Assembly (NCBI RefSeq): GCF_006345805.1
Contig: NC_043000.1
Span: forward strand, 162,316,001-162,380,000
Direction: 5' to 3'
DNA: 64,000 nucleotides
Source of the DNA: Octopus sinensis
Lineage: Eukaryota
Position 1 is the stretch's first letter, and each line of letters opens with the position of its first letter. This document shows positions 38,786-50,840 of this stretch, piece by piece. The notes beneath the pieces are model-generated. The model saw only the letters and a list, made by a program, of their open reading frames with translations, made no database searches and was not told where the DNA came from. Both the position numbers and the translations under genes were made by a program.

Positions 38786-39052
38786 CACTGCTTCTCGACC
38801 TGAGTTCGTCCGACCCTTGGCGGTCCATCGAAGACTTTGTTGATGAAATTTATGTGCAATTAATTGCTAAAACGTCTACAGTTTAGCAACTTCTTTTTAC
38901 ACAATTTCTAATAGTATTTAGCCATAAAAATACAAGATCTTTCCTTTCTAACCTTTCTAAACATCGAATGGGTATGGGGCGGGGTGGTGACGGAACCTGA
39001 GTAACATAGGAATCGAAAGGATCCATGGACATCAAATTGTTCAGAACTCCTG
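38786..39052. mobile_element. hAT (Charlie-like) MITE with a perfect 8-bp TSD
   Basis: TSD gtctaaat at 38778-38785 and 39053-39060; ends cactgcttctcgacc / gttcagaactcctg. Confidence 0.85.
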
Positions 39053-39061
39053 GTCTAAATA

Positions 39062-39297
39062 TCTATTTCTTTATTGCCCACAGGGGGCTAAGCATAGAGG
39101 GAACAAACAAGGACAGACAAAGCGATTAAGCCGATTACATCGACCCCAGTGCGTAACTGGTACTTATTTAATCGACCCCGAAAGGATGAAATGCAAAGTC
39201 GACCTCAGCGGAATTTGAACTCAGAACGTAACGGCAGACGAAATACCGTTACGTATTTCGCCCTGCGTGCTAACGATTCTGCCAGCTCGCCCCCCTA
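39062..39297 (-). mobile_element. Full-length young SINE B with the Tx1-like tail
   Basis: Head ggggcgagctggcagaatcgttagcacg; core gtcgactttgcatttcatcctttcggggtcgattaaataagtaccag; tail agccccctgtgggcaataaagaaat. Confidence 0.9.
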
Positions 39298-39898
39298 ATT
39301 ATTTTAGAACCAGAAATACTATGTATGTTAAACAATTATAATACATTTTATAATATAAATATCTTTACATGAGGCATTTCAAATTTATCAAGAACACCCA
39401 CGGAGTATGGTTCATGTAGATCTAAGAAATTATATGGTGAATACAATATTATATTTATACCATATTGTTTTTGGGGAAATGATATTCTACATAATATAAA
39501 TGACAGAGTTCTTATCATCATCTTTTCCTACCATTTAATATTCTCTTTTATGTTATTCTTTGTTAGTTTTACAATTTTTCGTGGTATAACTACATAAACT
39601 AAAATATTTATATTGATAATGCCGATCGGAATTTCTATCTTATCTGGTGTTGAAGTTTATTTCTTTCATCCTGTCATTAAAATCTTACATGCATATGCAC
39701 ACTGGCATGCACACATATGCACATAAACATATATAAAGAGTTTAATATATTCTTACACACATACACACACGCATATATAAAGACATGTACATACATACAC
39801 ACATATATACGCATACAAATACTTACACATGTATATGTACACACACACACGCATATATATAAATATATATATATTTATAAGAACTGCGCAAGTGCGCT

Positions 39899-40155
39899 TT
39901 AAAATTTACTACAGCTGTTCCAGTAACATTTATTGATGCTTCTTAAATTACATCAGAGCAAACATCTTCCATCCTCAGGTGAAATTGTAAAAACGATTGT
40001 TCATCATGTTAGTTGGTGAATAGGCAATTTTTTTAGTTTTACCTTGACTGATTAAAACTGTTTACAGTTTTGCCGGAGGATAGTGAAATTTTGCTATGAT
40101 GTAATCTAAGAATACATCGATAAAATGCTACCGGAACAGATGTAGTAAGTTTATA
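39899..40155. repeat. Inverted pair of ~65-bp hammerhead-related arms
   Basis: 39899-39963 is the reverse complement of 40091-40155; each arm carries (C)TGATGT...GGAACAGCTGTA, as in the 48.2-48.7 kb element. Confidence 0.6.
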
Positions 40156-40372
40156 ACCCCACTACTGCTCTCCTTTGATACATACGCCACACCTAAAATC
40201 CACACCTAGAACCAACCGGTTTAAATTGCATTTGGTACCTATGTGTATATATAATGTCGGGGCAGAAACCCACGTCGCTATCTCTTCAGTTATCGGGCCA
40301 TCGAAAAAAAAAGAAGATGGCGGTGTGGGTTTCGCCCTGACATACGAATCTCGGAGTTTTATCATGGCTACC

Positions 40373-40551
<179 letters not shown>

Positions 40552-40569
40552 TATAGATATGAATGAATG

Positions 40570-40880
40570 AATGAATCGACTGCAGTGCCTTTTCTGATAC
40601 TTATTGTATCGTTCTCTTTTACCGAACTGTTAGCTAAAGGGGATCTAAACAGATGAATATTGGTTTTCAACCAGTGGTGGGGTACAATTACAGATACAAA
40701 GACACATACACGCGCGTATGCGAAGGGCTTCTTTCAGTTTCCATCTACCACATCCACTCAAGAGGCTTTAGTCAGCCTGAACGTATTGTAGAAGACACTT
40801 ATCCAAGGTGCCACTCAGTGGCACTGAATCTGAAACGAAGTGGTTGGGAAGTAAGCTTCTTACCACACAGTCATGATTGA
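40570..40880 (-). mobile_element. Degraded SINE A
   Basis: cttctttcagtttccatctacca...gaagacacttatccaaggtgccac. Confidence 0.75.
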
Positions 40881-42961
40881 AATAGCGTGTGTTATTCTGA
40901 TAAAGTCATCAATATGAACAACACAAATTTAGTAATAAATCTTGTCCAATCATTAGCATTCAGATTCACGCAAACTTCAGCTAAATCTATGACAGCCTGC
41001 GATGATTAGCTTCTTTGAACAGTTTGTTATGTAAATTGTTTAGAACGAGAAGTATTATGTATGTTGTACCATAACAGATTTTACAATGGCATTTCTCATT
41101 TTCTCTACCCTTATGAACGGTCAAATACTATGGTTTTTGCAGCAGGTTTGATTCTTGAGGCAACTAGTGATTGTATTCATTCACAATTAGTATTCATTCC
41201 TTCACAATTAAGTGATATGGGCTCGAGAATTTTAAGTACTTTTGCTAATGTAGTATGCAATCGATGGCGATAGCATTGTAATTTTCAAACCGTTGTTAAT
41301 CAGTTTGATACGCTTTCATTAAAATTGCAAATGATACGACATTAACACTAAAAACTACATGACTTTTGGTACAGAACAGTAGTATGTCTATAATAAAATA
41401 ACTATATTCGTAAGTTCCCAATGGATGCGTTTTACTCGACAACCATATAGTTATGAACAGACTGGCTTTCTTAGAGATGTGAACAAAAATAAATTCTAAG
41501 TAACTGAAATTACAGTCGTAATGATAAGAAAAGTATCTCTAATGAAAATTATATTTCTTATCAAGAAGAGCAAAGAAAATAATTTCGCAATTTCAAATGG
41601 TGAAACATTACATGCAAACATACAGTATGCAGAGAATCTGATATTTGGTAAATACGGTGATAATTCTGGAGATGTTTTGTTCTTACTAGGCTGCTGTAGA
41701 GAATTACTTACCTGCCCAACTCTAGCACGTAGTAACCAGATTTTAGAAAGACCTTAAGAGGATATAGATTTTGCGAGGAAGATTACACACTGATTAAGCG
41801 AGTTTTTCAGTGTCATTATTTTAATTGCTTTTTCAGTGAGTAAACTTCAGTGAATAAACCATTTTAAAATCTCTTAAATTTTCGGAGAAGAAATGACATT
41901 TACTTTAATTACTTTTTTCTTTTCATTATGAGTGTAATTTCAATTAATTAAAGCTTCTTTTTGGATCACTGCACTAAGTATGTTTGCTTGCACTTAACTC
42001 GAAATTCCAGTGAGGATGGCTTCACCTGTTACGTTATTATATCTAGGAATGCAGTGAATAGTAAACTGGACATTCATTTCTATTTATTTATGCAACATAA
42101 TTCCATAACTGTTCTCATTTCACATCAGACTTAGAATGTATTATGAGGCGTGAAATATATACTGTTATACTCAAAAGTATTTTACCAGATTTTCGTCTGC
42201 CATGTATTTTTTATGTATATTGTACTTTTTGTAAATGTGTGTGTGCTTGCGTGTACCCACGTGCACGTTAGTGAGTGTGAGTAGATTTACTGTTGTTCAT
42301 TATTTATTATGCATTCATATTATATTACATTGTTGTAAATACCGTGGACCTTGAGTAAGTATCCAATATCGTTAGTTTGTTTAACAGTATCAGATTTGCA
42401 AATATTGTCTCTCAGTGAAGATTTTCTGTATGTTTCTAAAAACATTTTGATAACCTAATTGGTCTTGAACAATACTGAGAGATTCTAAAATTATGGAGAA
42501 GTTGCCGTATGTAATTTCAAGTCATCCACGAGGGACAGATAATAAATCTTCTTGGTTTCATATTTTACCATTCTTTTACTCAAAATATTCTCTTTTAGGA
42601 AACCAACTTAAAAGTAAGGGTCATATTACAAAGTGAAAACCAGATGTACTGTCACAAAGAAATATTGCAGTGATTCTTTTTTCTATAACGACCACACAGT
42701 AGTCAGAAAAGTGTGTAAAACATCAACCACTTTGCATAGATATTTTAAATCATTAAACGGTCAACGCATAATCAAATATTTGGAATTATATAATTCATAA
42801 AACTGAATAAAGCATTTTATTGTCAAATTAAGCGTTCAACTGATTGTTTAGCTAACTTTAAAAAACCTAATAATAATGATGATAATGATGATGATGGTGA
42901 TTATTATTATTATTATTATTATATTATTATTATGGTGATGATGATGATGATGATGATGATA

Positions 42962-43170
42962 ATCAAGGAAACAAGAGACTGAGAAATACCAGCCACTGCG
43001 GGACGAGATAGAAAAGTTAGGGGACATCAAGAAAGTAATGGTGATACCGGAGGTAACTGGAGCATTAAGAGCAGTTTCCAAGGGATTTGAAAAGCATATT
43101 AACAATATTGGAGCTGCTGCCAGGCTCGGGGTGATCCGAAAGACAACACTGTTGTGTACAGCTTGCATTC
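42962..43170 (+). mobile_element. R4/Dong-clade REL endonuclease fragment (second family)
   Basis: EKYQPLRDEIEKL...KVMVIPEVTGAL...VIRKTTLLCTACIL. Confidence 0.7.
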
Positions 43171-43227
43171 TAATGATATACAGCTCGCATACTCAATGAT
43201 GTACAATACGGTTATAAAATGTTTGAT

Positions 43228-44073
43228 AAAAATATAAATCATTTCATTTACAAGGATGATTCAAAGCTCTTTGCAAAACATGACCAACAACTACAGGGCT
43301 TACTAGTCATTGTTAAACAATTCAGTGATGACATCAGGAAGTAATTTGGCCTCGATAAATGTGCAAAAGCTACCTTTATCAAAGGGAAAATGACAGAAAC
43401 ATCCAAAAACATCTTGACCAGCAGAATTTCATAAAGGAATTAGAACCAGCGGAGAGTTACAAATACCTAGGGGTATTTGAAGGGGACGGAATCAAACATT
43501 CAGTGATAAGGGAAAGTATCAGAAGAGAATGTTATCGTAGGGTAAGGGCAATACTCAAGACAGAGTTAAATGCAAGAAACAGAATCGAAGCGATCACTAC
43601 TTGAGCCATACTTGTCGTGACTTACAGTTTCAATATTATTAACCAGTCAATTACTTAAATATATAATCTTGACAGAAAAATAGGAAAATTGTTGACAATG
43701 CATAGAATGCACTATCCTAAGGCAGATATAGAATGACCTTATCTGCAGAGAAAAGAGGGACGCCGTGGACTTTTAGAACTGGAATTAATAATGAAGATTG
43801 CCCCAATTGGCCTAGGCACCTACTTGAAAAATTCAGATGACTGAATGGTAAAAGTTGCCTCAAAGTATGAAAACAAGAAAGCATCATACTCAGTAATAAA
43901 ACAGGTAAAGAAATCTCTAAGTGGATTCCAAATACAACAAATTCCAGAATTAGACGTACTAGAAACAAGCACAGAAAAAGCTAAGCGTATGAAAACTCTT
44001 GCTAAAACTACTGTCTTTGTTATTCTTACTGATAAATGGCAAGAAAAACATCTCAATGACAAATACCCAAAGA
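43228..44073 (+). mobile_element. R4/Dong-clade RT C-terminal fragment, multiply disabled
   Basis: INHFIYKDDSKLF...FGLDKCAK...SYKYLGV...TELNARNRIEAI...YL.RKEGRRGL...KWQEKHLNDKYPK. Confidence 0.85.
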
Positions 44074-44095
44074 GTATCATCATCATCATCATCAT

Positions 44096-45225
44096 CACTA
44101 CGCAGACTTATTGAAGAATCAAAAGCATTTAATCGCGATCTTGCAATGGTGTTTGTAGACTTTTCTAAAGCGTTCGACTCTGTAGATAGGTATAAGATGT
44201 TTGAAATCCTTAAGCTCTATGGGATACCAGACAAAATCATTTCTGTCATCAAGGTCCTCTACACAGATACGTCTTCAACCATCTTAACCCCTGACGGAGA
44301 AACATCATCTGCAGGGAGACACACTCGCCCCATTTCTTTTCATCATTGTCGTTGATTATGTGCTACGTATGTCAGTTGATACAATTTCTGGCAAGGGCTT
44401 TGAAATAAAACCAAGAAGTTCCAGACACCCAGCTGAATACTTGACAGACACTGACTTTGCTGACGATATTGCTCTTATCAGTGATTCTCTCTCCAATGCC
44501 CAGTCTCTTTTACAATCCCTCGAACAAGCCTCAAATTGTGTAGGTCTTTACCTCAATGAGACCAAGACTGAATATATAAACAAGTACCTGTCCAACAGTG
44601 ATTGCATCATCCATACTCTCAACAATGCGCCCTTAAATATGGTTTCTGATTACAAATATCTTGGGTCATACATATCATCACCTGGAAAAGATTTTCTAAC
44701 TAGAAAGTGTATGGCCTGGTCAGCCTGTAATGACATGCATATGATCTGGTCATCAAATCTAAGTAGAGACTTCAAACTTGAAATCTTCAAAGCCACAGTC
44801 GAACCAATTCTACTATATGGCTCAGAAACCTGGATGTTATGAACGAAGCTTGAGAGGCGGTTGGATGGAATCTACACTCGCCTCCTTATGAGAGCTCAAA
44901 ATCTCTCGTGGAAGCGTCATCCAACCAAAATGCAAATACATGGGAAACTACCACCTGCATCATCTCTTGTGAAAGGTAGGAGAGTCCAGTTTGCTGGACA
45001 TTGTTGTAGAGTTGAAAACGAGGCAATTTCTACTCTTCTCCTCTGGAAGCCATCTACTCGCAATACCAGAGGGCGCACACTCTCCTACTCTGATGTAATC
45101 TCCAGGGATACAGGCATCCAGCAACAGGACCTTCATAATGCCATGATGGACCGTGAAGTCTGGCGTAGAAAGGTAAATTCCATTGTCTCGACCACGGTCG
45201 AACAATGATGATGATGATGATGATG

Positions 45226-45279
<54 letters not shown>
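44096..45279 (+). mobile_element. 5'-truncated RTE-clade LINE (RT to C-terminus) with a (TGA)n(TTA)n tail
   Basis: FVDFSKAFDSV...LQGDTLAPFLFIIVVDY...FADDIAL...YKYLGS...LLYGSETW...FAGHC; small deletion near 44310 and a stop near 44840. Confidence 0.92.
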
Positions 45280-45284
45280 TTTAC

Positions 45285-45480
45285 AATAAGTACAGGGGCT
45301 GAAGTTTTGGAGGGGGGACATTATCGATCCAAGTGCTTACTGGTACTTAATTCATCGACCACGAAAGACTCAAAGGCAAGTCGAGCCTGGCGGCATTTGA
45401 ACTTAGAACGCAAATTCGGAAGAAATCCTGCCAAGAATATTATCCGGTGCAGAAAGAATTTTGCCAGCTCACCGCCTTAC
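45285..45480 (-). mobile_element. SINE B copy
   Basis: ggtacttaattcatcgacc...gaacttagaacg...gccagctcaccgcctt. Confidence 0.7.
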
Positions 45481-45705
45481 TCCTCCTCCTCCTCCTCCTC
45501 CTCCTACTACTACTACTACTACTACTAGTACTACTACTACTACTACTAGTACTACTACTACTACTACTACTACAATTACCAACAACATCATCAACAACAA
45601 CAAAAACAACAACAAAAACAACAACAAAAGCAACAACGACAACAACAACAATTAAAATAATAATAATAATAACAATAATAATAATAATAATAATAATAAT
45701 ATTTT
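45480..45705. repeat. (CCT)(ACT)(AAC)(AAT) compound trinucleotide repeat
   Basis: Direct reading. Confidence 0.95.
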
Positions 45706-46247
45706 GTTAATGTCAACTACACTTTTGGCTTAATTGTTCTGAAAATAGATTGAAAGAATTTTTCAGTGAATTATGGATATAATGTTAGGAAGTAGCAGAA
45801 TACCGAATCTACAGAAACGGTAGGGCTCCGGATTAAATGACACCCATTAAGTGGTGTAAACGATCTGAAAACCAAGTTTGAAACTAGCTAAAGTCAAATT
45901 TTCCGTTCCACATTTCAAAGTTAAAAAACAAAACAAAAAAACAAACAATTGACTATGATGTATTAGAGACTAATTTCGGCAACTATAGAGTTTCTCTAGC
46001 TGGGTAGCTTTATAACTAAATATTAATAGAAAAATGCCAGTAGCATACGAATTGTCTCACTAAAATCTTTCTGTTGAATGCGTGTACTTGATATTTTTCC
46101 TAACTTTCGGTTTTCCATTTCAAGAAATCAATCTTTGAGTGGATTACATCTGGGTTAAGATGCAGCTTTTAAAACTCGGATGCATCTTAAAATGAGTTGG
46201 AGTTTTTAAATTTTGTTACAGATTTGTTACAAAAGGCACTCCATAGA

Positions 46248-46423
46248 CAAATGGCGTCACCAGGAAGTAAAAAAAAAACTAGAACACTGGTCTAGTGCCA
46301 AACCAAAATATGTGTCCAGAACATCCGGAAGATAAGTTAGATATTCGGCAGTAAGCGAGCCAAAATACTACAGACAACAGACGGACGAAGACAAGTGACG
46401 TCATTAAATTTACAGCCAATCAG
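46248..46423. promoter_or_regulatory. Promoter-like motif cluster (YY1-like, two ETS, CRE, CCAAT)
   Basis: CAAATGGCG 46248, CAGGAAGT 46261, CCGGAAG 46325, TGACGTCA 46396, AGCCAATCAG 46414. Confidence 0.3.
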
Positions 46424-46445
46424 ATATTGAAAGCTTACATTAAAT

Positions 46446-46495
<50 letters not shown>

Positions 46496-46520
46496 TATAT
46501 ATGTATGTATGTATATATAT

Positions 46521-46568
<48 letters not shown>

Positions 46569-46733
46569 ATATATATATCTGTATATATGTATGTATGTAT
46601 GTGTATGTATGTATGTATGAATATATATATTCACTCATTCATTCATACATACATATATACATACGTACATATATACATACGTACATATATACATACATAT
46701 ATACATATACATATATATATATATATATATATA

Positions 46734-47104
46734 CAGGGTGATTCAAAAGTTGCCATACATAGGAACAATTTGTCTTTTTTTAGGAAACAGTTTATAAGAA
46801 CAATTTTTCTTTTATTTATTTAACAGGCTCTGTATGGTTACCCTTGTTTTGAATACACATTGCAATACGTTTACCCAACTCATTGTGAACTCGTAATATC
46901 ACATCTGGTGATCCGTGTGCAAAGGAGTTGGTGATGCGTTCCTTCAAATGAATCATGTCTTTTATTTTTCCGCGATACACCATGCCTTTCAAATGACTCC
47001 AAAGATAGAAATCAAGAGGGGTCAGATGAGGGGATCTCGGGGATCTTATAAAGTGTTTCTGATAAAAAAAATTTTTTTCGTATGGAGACTTTTAAATCAC
47101 CCTG
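46734..47104 (-). mobile_element. Internally deleted Tc1/mariner element (DD37D/DD41D-like)
   Basis: TA|CAGGGTGATTCAAAAGT ... ACTTTTAAATCACCCTG|TA; minus strand reads PRSPHLTPLDFYLWSHLKGMVYR...KRIAMCIQNKGNH. Confidence 0.9.
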
Positions 47105-47723
47105 TATATATACAAAGCAATTTCAGCTGAAAACAGCTCAAGCTCTCACCAACAAAACCAGAATCCTCCTTTATGCACTACAACAGAAATTGTAAAAAGA
47201 AAAACATTTCTCATTCTTTTTTTCTTTTTTCTTCCTCTTTCAAAACCTTCCTTTTTGTTAATATAACTATAATTGTTATCTAATTGTGAATATAACAATA
47301 TAATTATTAATATAATGTTGTTGAACTTTCAATCATATATGTCTGTTGTAACATTAATCGAAAATTGAGCTTGAAATAATTCTATCTCTGTAAAAGTTAT
47401 TCCATATTGGAATTCATATCAACATTTGATCTTTTCAGCAGGTTTATCCGAATTTTCCATTCTATCTTCAATCTATGCGAAAGTTTTTTTTTTATTTACA
47501 AGGGAAAAGCAAAAATTGTCGAAACCGGTTTGTTATTTTAATAAATCTGTTACAAAATTTTAAAACTACATGTTTTAAGACACATGCATTTTCAACCGTC
47601 AAACTGACTCTTCTATATTTTTCCTGCATAGGAATGCACTTCTTTCCTTTCTTTCTTTCTCTCTCTCTCTCGCTCTTTCTTATATGAATGTAAGTGTGTA
47701 TGTATCTATACATACACACACAC

Positions 47724-47822
<99 letters not shown>

Positions 47823-47824
47823 TT

Positions 47825-47990
47825 CAAATTTACAGAAAACAAAAGACAAAGACAGATGACGGAACACAGGTAGGTGTATTAGTTTAACGTCCTTCACGCT
47901 TCGTGTCTACGCACTTCGATAGAAAGAATTGAAAAGGAAAAACTGAAGAGGGTACGAAAGAAACGGAGAGAGAAAATGTGTAGGGATTAA
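47825..47990 (-). mobile_element. Degraded copy of the GAGCGTAGGCTC Penelope-type element
   Basis: aaacaaaagacaaagacag...tgtattagt...cgcttcgtgtctacgcacttcgatagaaag; abuts (TA)n. Confidence 0.55.
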
Positions 47991-48201
47991 TGGTTCAATA
48001 TTATATATATATTATATATATATATATATATATACACATATAGATTATGAGAGGTAATGATGTCAGTAAGACCCAAAGGTGTCAGGTAATGCTGAGTAAG
48101 TGCAATGGATAGACCATAGTTAAGTTCCAGGTTTGGTGATTATGCGATAAAGGAGTCAAACGTAGGTCGTATATCAGCATGTGTATATATATAAAAAAAG
48201 G

Positions 48202-48659
48202 TTCAGAATGATATGAAAAACCAAGGCTGTGAAGATTTTAGAACATTTATAAATAGAAGAACTTACAGCTGTTTCCAGGATATTTACTATTTCTCTTCAT
48301 CGGAGACGATGTGAGAAAATGGTTAAGCAATAGTTAATTTAGATAAGACACGAAATAGATGTGAGATATACAAGGATATTGCATTTGTAGATCCATTATT
48401 TAGGCAGAATGGTATACATATAATATTCCAATATCTTATAGGTATAGCATTCTGCCTAAATAATTGATCTACAAATGCAATATCCCTGCATATCTCACAT
48501 CTATTTCGTATCTTATCTATATTAACTATTGCTTAACAATCTTCTCACACCGTCTCCGATGAAGGAATATAATAAATATCCTGGAAACAGCTGTAAGACC
48601 TTCTATTTATAAATGTTCTAAAATCTTCACAGCCTTGGTTTTTTTTATCTCATTCTGAA
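48202..48659. repeat. ~460-bp fold-back palindrome with hammerhead-like motifs in both arms
   Basis: The arms are reverse complements that meet at tattccaata (~48424-48433); motifs at 48552-48599 (+) and 48260-48307 (-). Confidence 0.9.
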
Positions 48660-48662
48660 ATA

Positions 48663-48729
<67 letters not shown>

Positions 48730-48817
48730 GTATGTATGTATGTTTGTATGTATGCATGTATGTATGTATATATGTATGTATGTATGTATGTATGCATGTA
48801 TATAGATATATATTCCT

Positions 48818-49210
48818 CTATTTTTTAATACTTTTACTTGCTTCAGCCATTTGGCTGTGGCCATACTAGAGCACCGCCTTTAGTCGACCTAGAAGTTACT
48901 TTTTGTAAGCCTAGTACTTATTCTATCGGTCTATTTGTGAACCGCTAGGTTAAGGAGACGCAAACACACCAATATCGGTTGCCAAGCGATGGTGGGGGAA
49001 CAAACACAGACACAGACGCAGACACATACATACACACACATATATATATGTACACGACGAGCTTCTTTCAGTTTCCGTCTACCAAATCCAGTCACAAGGC
49101 TTTTGTCGGCCCGAGGCTATAGAAGAAGACACGTACCCAAAGTGTCAGGCAGTGGGACTGAACCCAGAACCATGTGATTGGGAAGGAAGCTTCTTACCAC
49201 ACAACCACTC
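48818..49210 (-). mobile_element. Full-length SINE A
   Basis: Reverse complement of the 8028-8525 consensus. Confidence 0.88.
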
Positions 49211-49229
49211 AAGTGCTTACAATATGATA

Positions 49230-50115
49230 TATATACATACTTACGCGCATACTCGCAGGCGCGCGCACACACGCGCTTGCGCCGGTTCGCGCACGCATAC
49301 GCGCTGCATGCATCTCGCTCTTGGACCCGACGAGACCTCCCGCTCGTTCCTGGGACCGTCGTCTGTCGTTGGGTTCTCCCACGCCCGTATCCGCGGGACC
49401 GCTCTTCCATCTTCCCCTCAGCTGGAGTCCTTTTTCCTTAACCCCCCCCTTTTTTGTTACACACGCGCGCACACATACACACACCCACTCACACACACAC
49501 ATTGCTTAAATATATACATTACTCTTACACACATTCAAATCTACTCGCCATTAATACTACCACGACACTGGACACACACACACACTACTACTCAACACAC
49601 GCTGGCACGCTACATACGCCCCCACCCCTTCCCCTCCCTTCCTCCTTCCTTCATTTTCTTACTACTGACCACTTGTCTGTTGCCTACTACTGTTCGCCCT
49701 ACCTCACACGCCTACACACAGACGCACACACTAACACATACATATATTTTTTGTTTTTTTATCTCGCCTCACACACATATACACACACGCACACGCACAC
49801 ACTCACACATACACACACATCTGTTGCGTTACCAACCCTGTCTCCACTCTTTTGGCTTTAAAAACCTACTTTGCTCTTGTTATCGTAAACTTCCGCCTTT
49901 CACCATGTGTACTTCGTAAACACCAGTCGTTTTTTTCTCCATCTCCTGTTGCCCACTTTGGGATCTTTCTTTCCTCTCTCTTCCTTCTTTATGTTTCCGA
50001 CGAAGAGCTCCGCTCGAAACGTCATACCTTCCTGCTTCCATATTTCCTGAGCGCCTATTAATAATAATACTGTAATTGTTCCACTGTTGTTGTTTTTTTG
50101 TTTTCCCGTTTGGAT
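49230..50115 (+). mobile_element. Penelope-type non-autonomous element with a CpG-rich 5' part and a hammerhead-like motif
   Basis: CCGACGA-A-GAGC-tcc-GCTC-GAAACGTC at 49997-50023; ends at (TA)n; the extent of the element is inferred. Confidence 0.45.
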
Positions 50116-50116
50116 T

Positions 50117-50159
<43 letters not shown>

Positions 50160-50569
50160 TATATATTATACACACACGCATGTATGCACGCAAAAGCGGC
50201 ATGTTTTCTACAACGGCTCTTATGCATATAAGCGCATCAATATATTGAATACACATAGACATAATAATAATCAGTATCGTCGTGCTTGAGTCATTGCTCG
50301 AGTATTTATGAAAACATTCTTTTTACGTTGAGGTGCAAAGCAGTGACTGAAAGTAAACAAACTGAAGACCATTTTACATATGTCTGAGAGATTCCTGAAC
50401 CTATCAAAGACCTTTCACCGCAGTTTGTCGAAGAGAAACCAAAATTTTCTCCTGAAAGAAAAAGGTGTAAAAACACCATACTCAGCTCTTCGTACACCCA
50501 CCACTGAACTGATGGATGCGTGCATTTCGAACTCCCTGTCAGCAACAGATACCATTATTAGGAAATGAT

Positions 50570-50790
50570 TTAGGCGACGAACTGGCAGAATAGTTTGCAC
50601 GTCGGGCAAAACGCTTCGTGGCATTCCGTCCGTCTTTACGTCCTGAGTTCAAATTCCTCCAATGCCGACTTTGCTCTCTGAATCCTTTTGGGGTCGATAA
50701 AACAACTACCAGTTGAGTACTAGGATCGGTGTAGTCAACTTAGCCCCTCCTTCGAAATTGCTGGCCTTGTGACAATATTTCAAGCCATTA
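50570..50790 (+). mobile_element. SINE B copy
   Basis: aggcgacgaactggcagaat head; ggggtcgataaaacaactaccagt; ggccttgtgacaatatttc tail. Confidence 0.75.
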
Positions 50791-50840
50791 TTAGTAACAG
50801 ATGGCAATTGTCTTAAATATAAAGACTGTGTCACACAAAT

